DNA of 32,000 nucleotides from Mycobacterium tuberculosis H37Rv. GTDB lineage: Bacteria > Actinomycetota > Actinomycetes > Mycobacteriales > Mycobacteriaceae. Location of the stretch: the NCBI RefSeq assembly GCF_000195955.2, contig NC_000962.3:2580001-2612000 (forward strand), written 5' to 3'. This document shows, piece by piece, positions 1 to 9,710 of the stretch; within the stretch, counting starts at the first letter, position 1; the number at the start of each line of letters is the position of its first letter. The notes beneath the pieces were generated by a model. That model had not been told where the DNA came from, did no database searches, and saw nothing but the letters and a program-made list of their open reading frames with translations. Made by a program: the position numbers and the translations under genes.

Positions 1-37
1 ACGGGCTGTCATCGTTGTCCCTCAGCGCTACAACAAG

Positions 38-253
38 TCAGGGAAACTCTTCACAGGCGGTGCCGTCGTCGCCGTGGTCGAGGCCAAGACGGTAACCCGG
101 CTCACCCCATAGAGCGGGGCCACCCCCGCGTCCCGCCTTGCAGTTCTGGTAGTACCGGAACCACGCGGGTATCGGCGTTGGGGCTGCATGAGCCACAGGT
201 GGCGCCACATCGCCGACCGCGATCACAGCTGCGAGGACCGGTGGACGCTGCAT
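38..253 (-). CDS. Small secreted protein with Excalibur-like calcium-binding motif
   Basis: 71-aa ORF; signal-like N-terminus ending PVAHA, then FRYYQNCKAGRGGGPALWGEPGYRLGLDHGDDGTACE, matching the Excalibur pattern Y..C..A...G..P...G.PGY...LD.D.DG.ACE. Confidence 0.7.
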   Translation of the reverse strand: MQRPPVLAAVIAVGDVAPPVAHAAPTPIPAWFRYYQNCKAGRGGGPALWGEPGYRLGLDHGDDGTACEEFP

Positions 254-418
254 GATGAGCCCTACGTGTAGTACCAGACGGCTTTGGTTGTGACTGGCTG
301 GTCAGTCGCGTAAACCGTGGACCTGGCTACTGCTGAAAGTACCATGACGCGGGGCAACGAAACAGCAGCAACGTCGACAGACAGCGGAACTGTCGGCTAC
401 CGCCGATAACGTTGTGTC

Positions 419-1135
419 ATGCGTGCGGACATGTCCGTCACCTCGATGCTCGACCGAGAGGTCTACGTATACGCCGAGGTCGATAAGCTGATCGGCCTCC
501 CCGCCGGCACCGCGAAGCGGTGGATCAACGGCTACGAGCGTGGCGGCAAAGATCACCCGCCGATCCTCCGCGTCACGCCGGGAGCTACGCCGTGGGTTAC
601 GTGGGGCGAGTTCGTCGAGACTCGCATGCTTGCTGAATACCGCGACCGCCGGAAAGTGCCAATAGTGCGGCAGCGCGCAGCGATTGAAGAACTGCGTGCG
701 CGGTTCAATCTCCGATACCCGCTGGCACATCTGCGGCCGTTCTTGTCAACGCACGAGCGGGATCTGACGATGGGCGGCGAGGAGATTGGTCTGCCGGATG
801 CGGAAGTGACGATCCGTACTGGGCAAGCGTTGCTTGGTGATGCCCGGTGGCTCGCCAGCATCGCGACACCCGGTCGGGATGAGGTTGGCGAAGCCGTGAT
901 CGTCGAACTGCCCGTCGACAAGGCCTTTCCCGAAATCGTCATCAACCCAAGCCGATATAGCGGGCAGCCCACGTTCGTTGGGCGTCGTGTGTCGCCGGTG
1001 ACGATCGCCCAAATGGTAGACGGCGGTGAGGAACGCGAGGACCTGGCCGCCGACTACGGTCTCAGCCTGAAGCAGATTCAAGACGCAATCGACTACACCA
1101 AGAAGTACCGGCTGGCCCGACTGGTGGCGGCATAA
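419..1135 (+). CDS. DUF433-type antitoxin-like protein (VapB45-like, Rv2308-like)
   Basis: 238-aa ORF; N-terminal HTH-like region; C-terminus [52 protein letters not shown] is DUF433-like. Confidence 0.8.
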   Translation: MRADMSVTSMLDREVYVYAEVDKLIGLPAGTAKRWINGYERGGKDHPPILRVTPGATPWVTWGEFVETRMLAEYRDRRKVPIVRQRAAIEELRARFNLRYPLAHLRPFLSTHERDLTMGGEEIGLPDAEVTIRTGQALLGDARWLASIATPGRDEVGEAVIVELPVDKAFPEIVINPSRYSGQPTFVGRRVSPVTIAQMVDGGEEREDLAADYGLSLKQIQDAIDYTKKYRLARLVAA

Positions 1136-1144
1136 GGCCCGGCG

Positions 1145-1637
1145 ATGCTCGAAGTCGACAAAGTCACCCATGTTGTCGATGAAAACCTGCTTCGGCTTGG
1201 TGTGGCCTTGTCGCCGTCAGAAAAGACACGGCCCGGTTTGGCCGCCCGCCCGTCGACGACCTGCTACCGCAAGGCATCCTCGACACCGACTGGATCCCCA
1301 TCGTCGGGGGTCGGGTGGGTGGTCATCAGCAACGACAGGCATCTCCGGACGCGGCCAGTGGAGGCCGAGCTGGCGGTCGCCCACAAGCTCAAAGTCGTGC
1401 ACTTGCATGGCCGTGTGGGCGGACTAGTCCGCGTGGGCACAGCTGACGCGGCTGGCTGCGCGGTGGCCGGCCATTGAGCACCAATATGAGAAGGCACCGG
1501 AAGGGCCTTGGTGGTTGTCGGTGCGGAGGAGCAGGACCGCCGTAATGGAGTTCGCGCCCGGCGCCGTCGACACCATAGCGTCGGACAACATGGCTGCCCA
1601 AAATGTCCACGATACGGCTGTGAAGACCTCGAGGTGA
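1145..1637 (+). pseudogene. Degenerate PIN-like (DUF5615-type) toxin remnant partnered with the upstream DUF433 antitoxin
   Basis: Spliced reading over several frames: VVDENLLRLGVALSPS / DTARFGRPPVDDLLPQGILDTDWIPIVG / GWVVISNDRHLRTRPVEAELAVAHKLKVVHLHGRVGGL / WAQLTRLAARWPAIEHQYEKAPEGPWWLSVRRSRTAVMEFAPGAVDTIAS...TSR*. Confidence 0.75.
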
Positions 1638-1764
1638 TGGCCGAAAGGTGACCACCTCGCAGTGGTAGGACGACAGCGACCCGATCGAAGGCAATGCCGC
1701 CGCATCGAGCGCGACTTTGGGCATGACAGGATTTCGAGTAAGCGCATCAACGTGTCCGAAATGT

Positions 1765-1837
1765 GGGGCGGGCGGGGCTCGAACCCGCGACCAACGGATT
1801 ATGAGTCCGCGGCTCTAACCAACTGAGCTACCGCCCC
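1765..1837 (-). tRNA. metV: tRNA with CAU anticodon (annotated elsewhere as tRNA-Met; elongator Met versus Ile2 not resolved)
   Basis: Reverse complement GGGGCGGTAGCTCAGTTGGTTAGAGCCGCGGACTCATAATCCGTTGGTCGCGGGTTCGAGCCCCGCCCGCCCC: 7-bp acceptor, D arm, CTCATAA anticodon loop and GCGGG-TTCGAGC-CCCGC T arm. Confidence 0.92.
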
Positions 1838-1842
1838 TTGTG

Positions 1843-2440
1843 CTAACTAGCTGCAGATATGTTCTCCACCGCGACTGAATCAGGGTCGGAATACCGCAGT
1901 GATGCCGCAGCACTCTTGATGGCCTGCACAAGCAAACCTGCCACGCCCGCCAGGTCGTCGCTGAGCAGGTGGCCATGGCGGTCCAAGGTCATGGCCGCTG
2001 TGGCGTGTCCGAGAAGCCTCTGCACGACTTTGACATTAGCGCCCGCACTGATCGCCAGCGACGCCGTGGTGTGCCTCAGCCCGTGCGGGACCAGGTCGGC
2101 AATGCCAACCGCCTTGCATCCCTTGTCGAAGGCTCTGCGGTACTCCTCGATAGGTAGGTGCCCGCCGCGGTAGCTTGGGAACACGAGGGCATTGGGCTCG
2201 GTTGGCAGTTCATCACGCAGGCGCTCCGATACCGGCTCGGGGACAGGCACGTGACGCACCCGGTTGGTCGTCGTCTCGACAATCCCGGCGCCGGTCACAC
2301 AGATGAGCGAATCGTCAACTCCCGGTCCCCACGTTCTTGCGACGCAGGGCCGCTGCCTCGCCGAAGCGCAGTCCGCAGTAGCCGAGAACCAGGGTCAGCG
2401 TCAGTACCGCAACAATCCGTGGTACGAATCCGTTACTCAC
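1843..2440 (-). pseudogene. Decayed tyrosine recombinase/integrase; longest intact ORF is the C-terminal fragment 1843..2298
   Basis: C-terminal ORF has HGLRHTTASLAISAG...VKVVQRLLGHATAAMTLDRHGHL. Upstream frames give VSNGFVPRIVAVLTLTLVLGYCGLRFGEAAALRRKNVG, then DRELTIRSSV, then TGAGIVETTTNRVRHVPVPEP, so several frameshifts. Confidence 0.85.
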
Positions 2441-2644
2441 CCACTCCCCCGCGCTCGGTCTTGGCAGCTTCCGCCTCTACCCACGCATCCAGGTCGGCGA
2501 TATCGCAAAACGTGTGTCGGCCAAGGCGATAGCTGCGCGGACTGGTGCCCAGTAACGCCAGTACCTCAGCGTCGACTCAGGTAGGCCGCCGAGGTATTCG
2601 GCTGCGGCCTTGGTGCCCAGCCGAACCACAGATGTCGCCGTCAT
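2433..2644 (-). pseudogene. Frameshifted excisionase (MerR/HTH_17-like) remnant upstream of the integrase
   Basis: Start at 2644: MTATSVVRLGTKAAAEYLGGLPESTLRYWRYW, then after a frameshift near 2550 GTSPRSYRLGRHTFCDIADLDAWVEAEAAKTERGGVGE*. Its stop overlaps the GTG of the integrase frame at 2440. Confidence 0.7.
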
Positions 2645-3434
2645 CGCTCTACTTCCTGTCGTCGCTCAACGCGCTTATGTCCCAATCCCTTTGGCAGTCC
2701 CAGGGCCGACCGCAAAATCCTTTCCATTGACCGCACAGTAACCATTAGCCCGATGGCATCTAACAACCGAAGAACGCCGAGAAGTCGACACCAAGATCCC
2801 GATGTTTGCCGTAGCAGGAACGGCGGTCACACTCGGGCTGATTCGAGCCAGTCGTACATGTCGCGCCGCGTCCAGCGCCGATCCCGCCCGCCGAGGCGCA
2901 CATAATGGGGTCCCGGTGCGTCAATTCCGCGCTCTCGCTTTGCAGCCCAGCCGTGCAGGGTCGACACTGGCACACCGGTGATCTCCCGCACCTAGATGGT
3001 GGTAAGCATCTCCGCGTGGCTTTCGTTGTCTTCCATCATGTGCTTTGGCCACCAGTAGCGACGACATCACCATAAATCGACACCCTCCGTTGAATTGCGC
3101 CGTAAATCGCCACGACGAAAGCCGACGGTCTCCGCTGCGCCGGGGCCTACTCGCCAACGGCCTAAGAGAGAGGCAAGCTGGGGCATTATTCGAACGTTAC
3201 GAAAGCCAGTTCGATTCATTCGGATATATCGAGAAGGTGCGGTATCGGGGCTCAGGGTATCGAGTCGAAGACGTTTATGCCCGAGCGGACAGTGGACCTA
3301 GCGCCGGTGCTGAGCTTCCTGTCGGCCCATGAGCGGCGGCGCGGCCGCACGCTGGCCCCCAGCTACGCGCTGGTGGGCGCCACGAGCACGACCGCGTCGA
3401 GCTGCCGCGCGAGGTTCATCAGGCGCTAAGGCAG

Positions 3435-3779
3435 GTGGTGGCTGCGCTGCACGCCGGCAAGGCGGTGACCATCGCGCCGCAGAGCATGACGCTGACCACC
3501 CAGCAGGCCGCCGACCTTCTCGGGGTGAGTCGTCCGACCGTGGTGCGTCTGATCAAGAGCGGCGAGCTGGCCGCCGAGCGCATCGGGAATCGCCACCGGC
3601 TCGTGCTCGACGACGTGTTGGCCTACCGGGAGGCCCGCCGGCAGCGCCAGTACGACGCGCTTGCCGAGAGCGCAATGGACATCGACGCCGACGAGGATCC
3701 CGAGGTGATTTGCGAGCAGTTGCGTGAGGCGCGGCGTGTTGTCGCCGCGCGCCGTAGAACTGAGCGGCGGCGCGCCTGA
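3435..3779 (+). CDS. Excisionase-family HTH protein, likely antitoxin of a PIN-type TA pair (Rv2310-like)
   Basis: 114 aa; [63 protein letters not shown]. Start uncertain; the homologous-looking reading frame continues upstream ([16 protein letters not shown]). Confidence 0.75.
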   Translation: MVAALHAGKAVTIAPQSMTLTTQQAADLLGVSRPTVVRLIKSGELAAERIGNRHRLVLDDVLAYREARRQRQYDALAESAMDIDADEDPEVICEQLREARRVVAARRRTERRRA

Positions 3780-3791
3780 GACCATCGCTGC

Positions 3792-3855
3792 ATGCTCGAC
3801 ACGTCGCTGCTGTGGTCAAGCCGGCAGCGCGACTTTCTGTTGTCGTTGGCGACGT
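3792..3855 (+). pseudogene. N-terminal stub of a PIN-domain toxin
   Basis: [20 protein letters not shown] directly after the HTH antitoxin, then an abrupt change to relaxase-like sequence in another frame. Confidence 0.4.
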
Positions 3856-4408
3856 CGCCGCGAACTACGACGGGCGGGTGGTGGTGGCGCCGACAGGCCA
3901 GGCCGTCGACGTCGCGGTACGTGAAGGCGCCGGCGATGTCGGCTACAGCGTCGAGCGAGAGAATCTTCCGGCCGACGATCCGGTGCGCAACGGCAACCGC
4001 TGGCGGGTCATCGCGGTCGACACCGAACACCACCGGATCGCCGCCCGCCGCCTGGGCGACGGCGCACGCGCCGCCTTCAGCGGCGACTACCTGCACGAGC
4101 ACATCACCCACGGATATGCCATCACCGTCCACGCCAGCCAGGGCACCACGGCTCACTCCACCCACGCTGTGCTGGGCGACAACACCAGCCGAGCAACGCT
4201 GTACGTGGCAATGACGCCGGCACGCGAGTCGAACACCGCTTACCTATGCGAGCGAACGGCGGGCGAAGGCGCGCGAGTGGATCTCGCCGGATGGGACCTT
4301 TGGGTGAGTGGGAAAGCTGAGGCAATGAGTGACGAGAAATCCGCATCGCCAGTTTGGTGCCGTGTCGGAGCTCGGTGCGATCATCGGGGAAAGCGTTCCT
4401 GCTGGTGA
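3812..4408 (+). CDS. C-terminal fragment of a MobF/TrwC/TraA-like relaxase-helicase (Rv2311-like)
   Basis: [88 protein letters not shown] resembles the distal helicase motifs of conjugative relaxases; the N-terminal relaxase domain is absent. Confidence 0.65.
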
Positions 4409-4485
4409 GGGCAGAATTGTTGTGCACGTCGTGCGCTATACCGTGGTGACGACTCGCCGAAGCATGGACTAAGGAGGTAGCTGCG

Positions 4486-4755
4486 ATGATGAAGGAGATC
4501 GAGCTCCATCTGGTTGACGCTGCCGCCCCCAGCGGCGAGATTGCGATCAAGGACCTAGCCGCCCTCGCGACTGCTCTGCAGGAATTGACGACTCGAATCA
4601 GCCGCGACCCAATCAACACGCCCGGGCCTGGTCGCACAAAACAGTTTATGGAAGAGCTCTCGCAACTGGCCAGCGCCCCCGGGCCAGACATCGACGGCGG
4701 GATCGACCTAACTGACGATGAATTCCAGGCGTTTCTTCAGGCGGCGCGTTCGTGA
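4486..4755 (+). CDS. Hypothetical protein (Rv2312-like)
   Basis: 89-aa ORF; AAGGAGG-like RBS just upstream; begins MMKEIELHLVDAAAPSGEIAIKDLAALATALQELTTRI. Start may be internal. Confidence 0.5.
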   Translation: MMKEIELHLVDAAAPSGEIAIKDLAALATALQELTTRISRDPINTPGPGRTKQFMEELSQLASAPGPDIDGGIDLTDDEFQAFLQAARS

Positions 4756-5051
4756 ATCAAGTAGCGGCGACGGTGGTCGACACCGACGTCTTCAGCCTGA
4801 TCTAAGACACCGACTCGCGTGACCTCGGCTGCCGCGCCCAGACGCCGTGGCACTTCTGCCGTTCGGTCGCCGCCTGGCTGGCCGGAGTCATCACAGCACG
4901 CTCCAATAGCGCCTCATGGAATCAGCCGGCGCCCTCGAATCGAGCCTTACCCGCCCGAAACGACACGCCTCGACGGTACCTGGCGCGCTGACCTGGCCCT
5001 ACATCAGTCAACGTATACGAACCACAGCGTCGCGGAGCTGCCAGACCGCCG

Positions 5052-5906
5052 TCAACCGAACACCGTCTGACCGTCAAGCCCAATGCGATACCGTTCGGTG
5101 CCCTGCTGCACCCTGGGCGCATCAGCACCCAACGACACTGCAACCTTGTTGCTGGCGTTGCGCATGATGTCAAAGGTCAGCTCGACGGCCTCGTCGTCCG
5201 AGAACCGGGAGCGCACCTCGACGGCAACGTCGACGGCGAGGTGCGCAGGGGTCCAAATTAACGCATCTGCATACCTCAGGGCGGCTTTTGCGCGAACGTC
5301 GAGCAAGACCGAGGTATCGAAACGCTCGATCTCGCCATACAACGTCTCCGAACCGCCCGCATCAAGCGCGGAGACCTCCCGCAACGACTTGCACACCCGG
5401 CAATTGTGCTGCGCAGCTCCACGCAGCCGCACCAGCTCAGAGGTGACCGGGTCCAGTGCCCGCATCCGGGCCACCGCCGGCAGAAATCCGTTGAACACCG
5501 CAGCGGACAGATCGGTGTTGTGATCCCAGGAGATCGGCCCGGTTACCCAGCCCAGATACTCCTTGCCGACGCCCAATGCTTCCAACCCGGCGCGCACCCG
5601 CGGCACAAAGTCGGCGATGTACATCGCCACAACCGCACCGAAAGCGTCTTCCCCCAAATGCGTCCACAGCAGGGATCGCTGCTCGCCGGTGATCGCTGAG
5701 ACATCGACGCTGAACTGCTCGGCGAACTCGGCAACGACGGCCTCGGCCGGCGACTCCGGCTCGTTCACCGCAACCTCACACGGCAACGACGGTAGCGACA
5801 GCGCCCGCGCGCACACCTGCCTCACCAGCCCCGCAATCCGGCCGTCGCCCGGCGATAGCGCCACCAACCGACACAGATCGTCACGAACCGAAACCGGGGC
5901 CGGCAC
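5052..5906 (-). CDS. Carboxymuconolactone decarboxylase/AhpD-like protein (Rv2313c-like)
   Basis: 284 aa; [20 protein letters not shown] with a CxxC motif, and helical AhpD-like organisation. Confidence 0.75.
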
Positions 5907-5916
5907 CCTTCACACG

Positions 5917-7290
5917 CTACTGCGCCTGGCTCACCGAGGACATGTGGAAGTCGGGAATCCGCAGCGGCGGCATCGCGGTACGGGTAACCCAATCTGACCA
6001 TTCGCGCGGCAGTGTCGGCTCGCTGACACCTGCTTCGGTGGCCCGTCGCAGCAGGTCCAGTGGGCTTTCGTTAAACCGGAAGTTGTTGACCGCCGCGCTG
6101 ACCTCGCCGTCTTCGACCAGGTAGACACCGTCGCGGGTCAGCCCGGTGAGCAGCAGCGTGGTCGGGTCGACCTCGCGGATGTACCACAGCGTGGTCAGCA
6201 ACAGTCCGCGCTCGGTGCCCGCGATCATGTCGGCGAGATCGGCCGACCCGCCGGTCATGATCAAGTTGTCGGCGGCGACCGCAACTGGGGCGTCGAATTT
6301 GGCGGCAGTGGCCCGTGGATACGCCAGCGCATTGATCACACCGCTGCGGATCCAGTCCACCTGGCTGATTTCCATGCCGTTGTCGAACACCGATTGCGTC
6401 TCCGAGGAGTTGCTCACCGCCACAAACGGCGTACACGCCAGACCCGGCGCAGCCGGATCGGTGAACAACGTCAGCGGCAGCTCGGTCAACCGCTCTCCCA
6501 CCCGGGTTCCACCGCCAGGAGCCGAGAAAGCGGTTCGGCCCTCCTGCGCGCCGCGCCCGGCCATCGACCAACCCAGGTAGATCATCATGTCGGCCACCGT
6601 CGACGGAGGCATGATGGTCTGGTAGCGCCCGGCCGGCAGCTCGACGGTGCGTTGCGCCCACCGCAGCCGCGTCGACAGCCGCTCGAGCATCAGATCGATG
6701 GGCACCTCGACGAAATCGGGTGTGCCGATCCCCACCCAAGCGCTGGCGTCGCCGCGTTTGGCGTTGATCTCGATCGCCCCGGTGGGCTGGGTGTAGCGGC
6801 GGCGCAGACCCGTCGACGATGCCAGAAACGTCGTGGACACACTGCGGTGCGCGTAGCCGTACAAGCGGTCGGCCCCGCGGAAGCCCCTGCTCAGTGAGCC
6901 GGCGATACCGGTGAAAACCCCTGCCCCGGTGCCCGGAACCGGGGCATCCCAGTCGTCGGGCTCTCCGGTATCGGCAAGCAGCGGCGCGGCATCACCGGCC
7001 TCCGGCGCGGAGCGGGCCGCGTCCTGGGAGGACACCACCAGACCGGGCAGCACCGACGGGTCCACTTCGGCGGAGACCACGGAGCCGACGAAGGCGCTAT
7101 CTCCCCGTCGGACGATCGAAATCACGGTGACGTTTCGGCTGTGGGAAACGCCGTTGGTGGTCATCGAATTGCCCGCCCAACGCAGTGTCGCCTCGACCTT
7201 TTCGGTGACCAGCACCATGGTCTCGTCCGCCCGGCCAGACCTGGCCGCTTCCTTTAAAACGATGTTGACGGCGTGCTGCGGCTCGATCAT
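5917..7290 (-). CDS. TldE/PmbA-family protein (inactive partner of the TldD/TldE metalloprotease)
   Basis: 457-aa ORF; position directly downstream of and overlapping the TldD-type gene; C-terminal domain pattern [46 protein letters not shown]. Confidence 0.85.
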   Translation of the reverse strand: MIEPQHAVNIVLKEAARSGRADETMVLVTEKVEATLRWAGNSMTTNGVSHSRNVTVISIVRRGDSAFVGSVVSAEVDPSVLPGLVVSSQDAARSAPEAGDAAPLLADTGEPDDWDAPVPGTGAGVFTGIAGSLSRGFRGADRLYGYAHRSVSTTFLASSTGLRRRYTQPTGAIEINAKRGDASAWVGIGTPDFVEVPIDLMLERLSTRLRWAQRTVELPAGRYQTIMPPSTVADMMIYLGWSMAGRGAQEGRTAFSAPGGGTRVGERLTELPLTLFTDPAAPGLACTPFVAVSNSSETQSVFDNGMEISQVDWIRSGVINALAYPRATAAKFDAPVAVAADNLIMTGGSADLADMIAGTERGLLLTTLWYIREVDPTTLLLTGLTRDGVYLVEDGEVSAAVNNFRFNESPLDLLRRATEAGVSEPTLPREWSDWVTRTAMPPLRIPDFHMSSVSQAQ

Positions 7291-8804
7291 CGACCACCTT
7301 CAGTACGAGTATTGAGCACATTGACGCCCCGGAACAACGCCGACGGACAGCCATGGCTGACCGCGGCAACCTGGCCGGGCTGGGCCTTGCCGCAGTTGAT
7401 GGCTCCGCCCATTCGCCAGGTCGACGGCCCGCCCACGGCTTCCATGGCATTCCAGAAATCGGTGGTGCTCGATTGATAGGCGACATCACGCAGCTGCCCG
7501 TACAGCTGGCCACCTCGGATGCGGAAGAAACGCTGGCCGGTGAACTGAAAGTTGTAGCGCTGCATGTCGATCGACCATGACTTGTCGCCGACAATATAGA
7601 TCCCGTCGTCGACCCGGCCGATCAGGTCCGCGGTGCTGAGGTCTTCGATGCCCGGCTGCAGCGATATGTTGGCCATCCGCTGGATCGGCACGTGATGTGG
7701 CGAGTCGGCATACGAGCAGCCGTTGGAACGTGGCTCCCCCAACCGTGGGGCGAACGCCCGGTCGAGCTGGTAACCAACGAACACCCCGTCACGCACTAGA
7801 TCCCAGCTCTGCGCGGCCACTCCCTCGTCGTCGTAACCGACGGTGGCCAAGCCGAATTCGGCGGTACGGTCGGCGGTCACGTTCATCACCGGCGAGCCGT
7901 AGCGCAGGGTGCCGAGTTTGTCTGGGGTGGCAAACGATGTCCCGGCATAGGCAGCCTCGTAGCCGATGGCACGGTCGTATTCGGTTGCGTGGCCGATGGA
8001 TTCGTGAATAGTCAGCCATAGGTTAGTGGGGTCGATCACCAGGTCGGTGGGCCCCGGCATCACGCTAGGCGCTCGGACCTTCTCGGCCAACAGCGATGGC
8101 AGCTGCGCGAGCTCGTCGGTCCAGTTCCAGATCTCGTCGCCGGCCACCACTTCCCAGCCCCGGGCGGTCGGCGGAGCCAACGTCCGCATCGATTCGAAGT
8201 TGCCCGCCGCGGAATCAACAGCAACCGCATCCAGGCACGGCAGCAGCCGCACCCGCTGTTGGGTAATCGATGACCCGAAGGTGTCGGCGTAGAAGGTCTG
8301 CTCCTTGACGGCGTTCAAGCTGGCCGATACGTGGTCGATGCCGTCGGCGTCCAGTAACCGCCCGGAGTAGTCGCGCAGCACGGCGATCTTCTCGGAGGCG
8401 GGAACGCCGAACGGATCGATCCGGTAGTTCGAGACCCACTCCGCGTCGGTGTATACGGGCTCGGGCGCCAATCTGACCCGCTCGGTGTTCAGCGCCGCCA
8501 GCACGGTAGCCACGTGTACCGCATGGCGAGCGGTCGCGGCCGCGACGTCGGGTGCCAACTCAGCATGGGAGGCGAATCCCCACGTGCCCGCGACGATTAC
8601 CCGGACGGCCAGGCCGAGCTCACGGCTGATCACCGCGGTCTCCAGCTCACCGTCACGCAGTTGGATGATCTCGGTGCTAATGCGGTGAACCCGCAGGTCG
8701 GCGTGGCTGGCCCCGGCCGTGGCGGCCGCCGACAATGCGGCGTCGGCCAACTGCTGGCGCGGCAGGTCCAGGAAGTCTTCATCGATCCCCCGGTTCGGTG
8801 TCAC
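7287..8804 (-). CDS. TldD-family zinc metalloprotease
   Basis: 505 aa from GTG at 8804 (VTPNRGIDEDF); contains the metal-binding motif HESIGHATEYD. Confidence 0.88.
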   Translation of the reverse strand: MTPNRGIDEDFLDLPRQQLADAALSAAATAGASHADLRVHRISTEIIQLRDGELETAVISRELGLAVRVIVAGTWGFASHAELAPDVAAATARHAVHVATVLAALNTERVRLAPEPVYTDAEWVSNYRIDPFGVPASEKIAVLRDYSGRLLDADGIDHVSASLNAVKEQTFYADTFGSSITQQRVRLLPCLDAVAVDSAAGNFESMRTLAPPTARGWEVVAGDEIWNWTDELAQLPSLLAEKVRAPSVMPGPTDLVIDPTNLWLTIHESIGHATEYDRAIGYEAAYAGTSFATPDKLGTLRYGSPVMNVTADRTAEFGLATVGYDDEGVAAQSWDLVRDGVFVGYQLDRAFAPRLGEPRSNGCSYADSPHHVPIQRMANISLQPGIEDLSTADLIGRVDDGIYIVGDKSWSIDMQRYNFQFTGQRFFRIRGGQLYGQLRDVAYQSSTTDFWNAMEAVGGPSTWRMGGAINCGKAQPGQVAAVSHGCPSALFRGVNVLNTRTEGGR

Positions 8805-8837
8805 GACTCCACCGTAACGACCAGCTTTAATACACCC

Positions 8838-9710
8838 ATGCGCGACGCGCCACGTCGGAGGACGGCACTGGCATATGCCCTGCTGGCGCCCAGCCTGGTG
8901 GGCGTGGTCGCCTTCTTGTTGCTGCCCATCCTGGTGGTGGTATGGCTGAGCCTGCACCGGTGGGACTTGCTGGGCCCACTGCGCTACGTCGGCCTGACCA
9001 ACTGGCGGTCGGTGCTGACCGATTCCGGCTTCGCAGACTCATTGGTGGTCACCGCCGTCTTCGTGGCGATCGTGGTCCCGGCGCAGACAGTACTGGGACT
9101 GCTGGCCGCGTCCCTGCTGGCCCGGCGACTGCCGGGCACCGGCCTGTTCCGCACGCTGTACGTGCTGCCCTGGATCTGTGCACCGCTGGCGATCGCGGTG
9201 ATGTGGCGCTGGATTGTGGCGCCCACCGACGGCGCGATCAGCACTGTGCTCGGACACCGCATCGAATGGCTCACCGATCCAGGCCTCGCGCTTCCTGTGG
9301 TTTCGGCCGTCGTGGTGTGGACCAACGTCGGATATGTCTCGTTGTTCTTCCTAGCCGGATTAATGGCGATTCCGCAGGACATTCACAACGCCGCACGCAC
9401 CGACGGCGCCAGTGCCTGGCAGCGCTTCTGGCGCATCACCCTGCCCATGTTGCGGCCCACCATGTTCTTCGTCCTGGTTACCGGAATCATCAGCGCCGCA
9501 CAGGTTTTCGACACCGTCTACGCGCTGACTGGCGGTGGGCCGCAGGGCAGCACCGACCTGGTGGCCCACCGCATCTACGCCGAGGCGTTTGGGGCCGCGG
9601 CAATCGGGCGGGCATCGGTGATGGCGGTGGTGCTGTTCGTCATCCTGGTCGGTGCCACCGTGGTGCAGCATCTGTATTTCCGGCGGCGGATCAGCTATGA
9701 GCTCACCTAG
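8838..9710 (+). CDS. uspA: Sugar ABC transporter permease UspA
   Basis: 290 aa from ATG at 8838; MalF-type permease with the EAA-loop region DGASAWQRFWRITLPMLRP. Confidence 0.92.
   Translation: MRDAPRRRTALAYALLAPSLVGVVAFLLLPILVVVWLSLHRWDLLGPLRYVGLTNWRSVLTDSGFADSLVVTAVFVAIVVPAQTVLGLLAASLLARRLPGTGLFRTLYVLPWICAPLAIAVMWRWIVAPTDGAISTVLGHRIEWLTDPGLALPVVSAVVVWTNVGYVSLFFLAGLMAIPQDIHNAARTDGASAWQRFWRITLPMLRPTMFFVLVTGIISAAQVFDTVYALTGGGPQGSTDLVAHRIYAEAFGAAAIGRASVMAVVLFVILVGATVVQHLYFRRRISYELT

Noticed and set aside
2700-3330. Coding sequence between the excisionase remnant and the HTH antitoxin (e.g. ORF 3045..3332)
   Set aside because: Open but without recognisable motifs; cannot distinguish a real gene from eroded element DNA by eye.
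8942-9700. 252-aa plus-strand ORF inside uspA
   Set aside because: Alternate-frame shadow of uspA, which has clear permease motifs.
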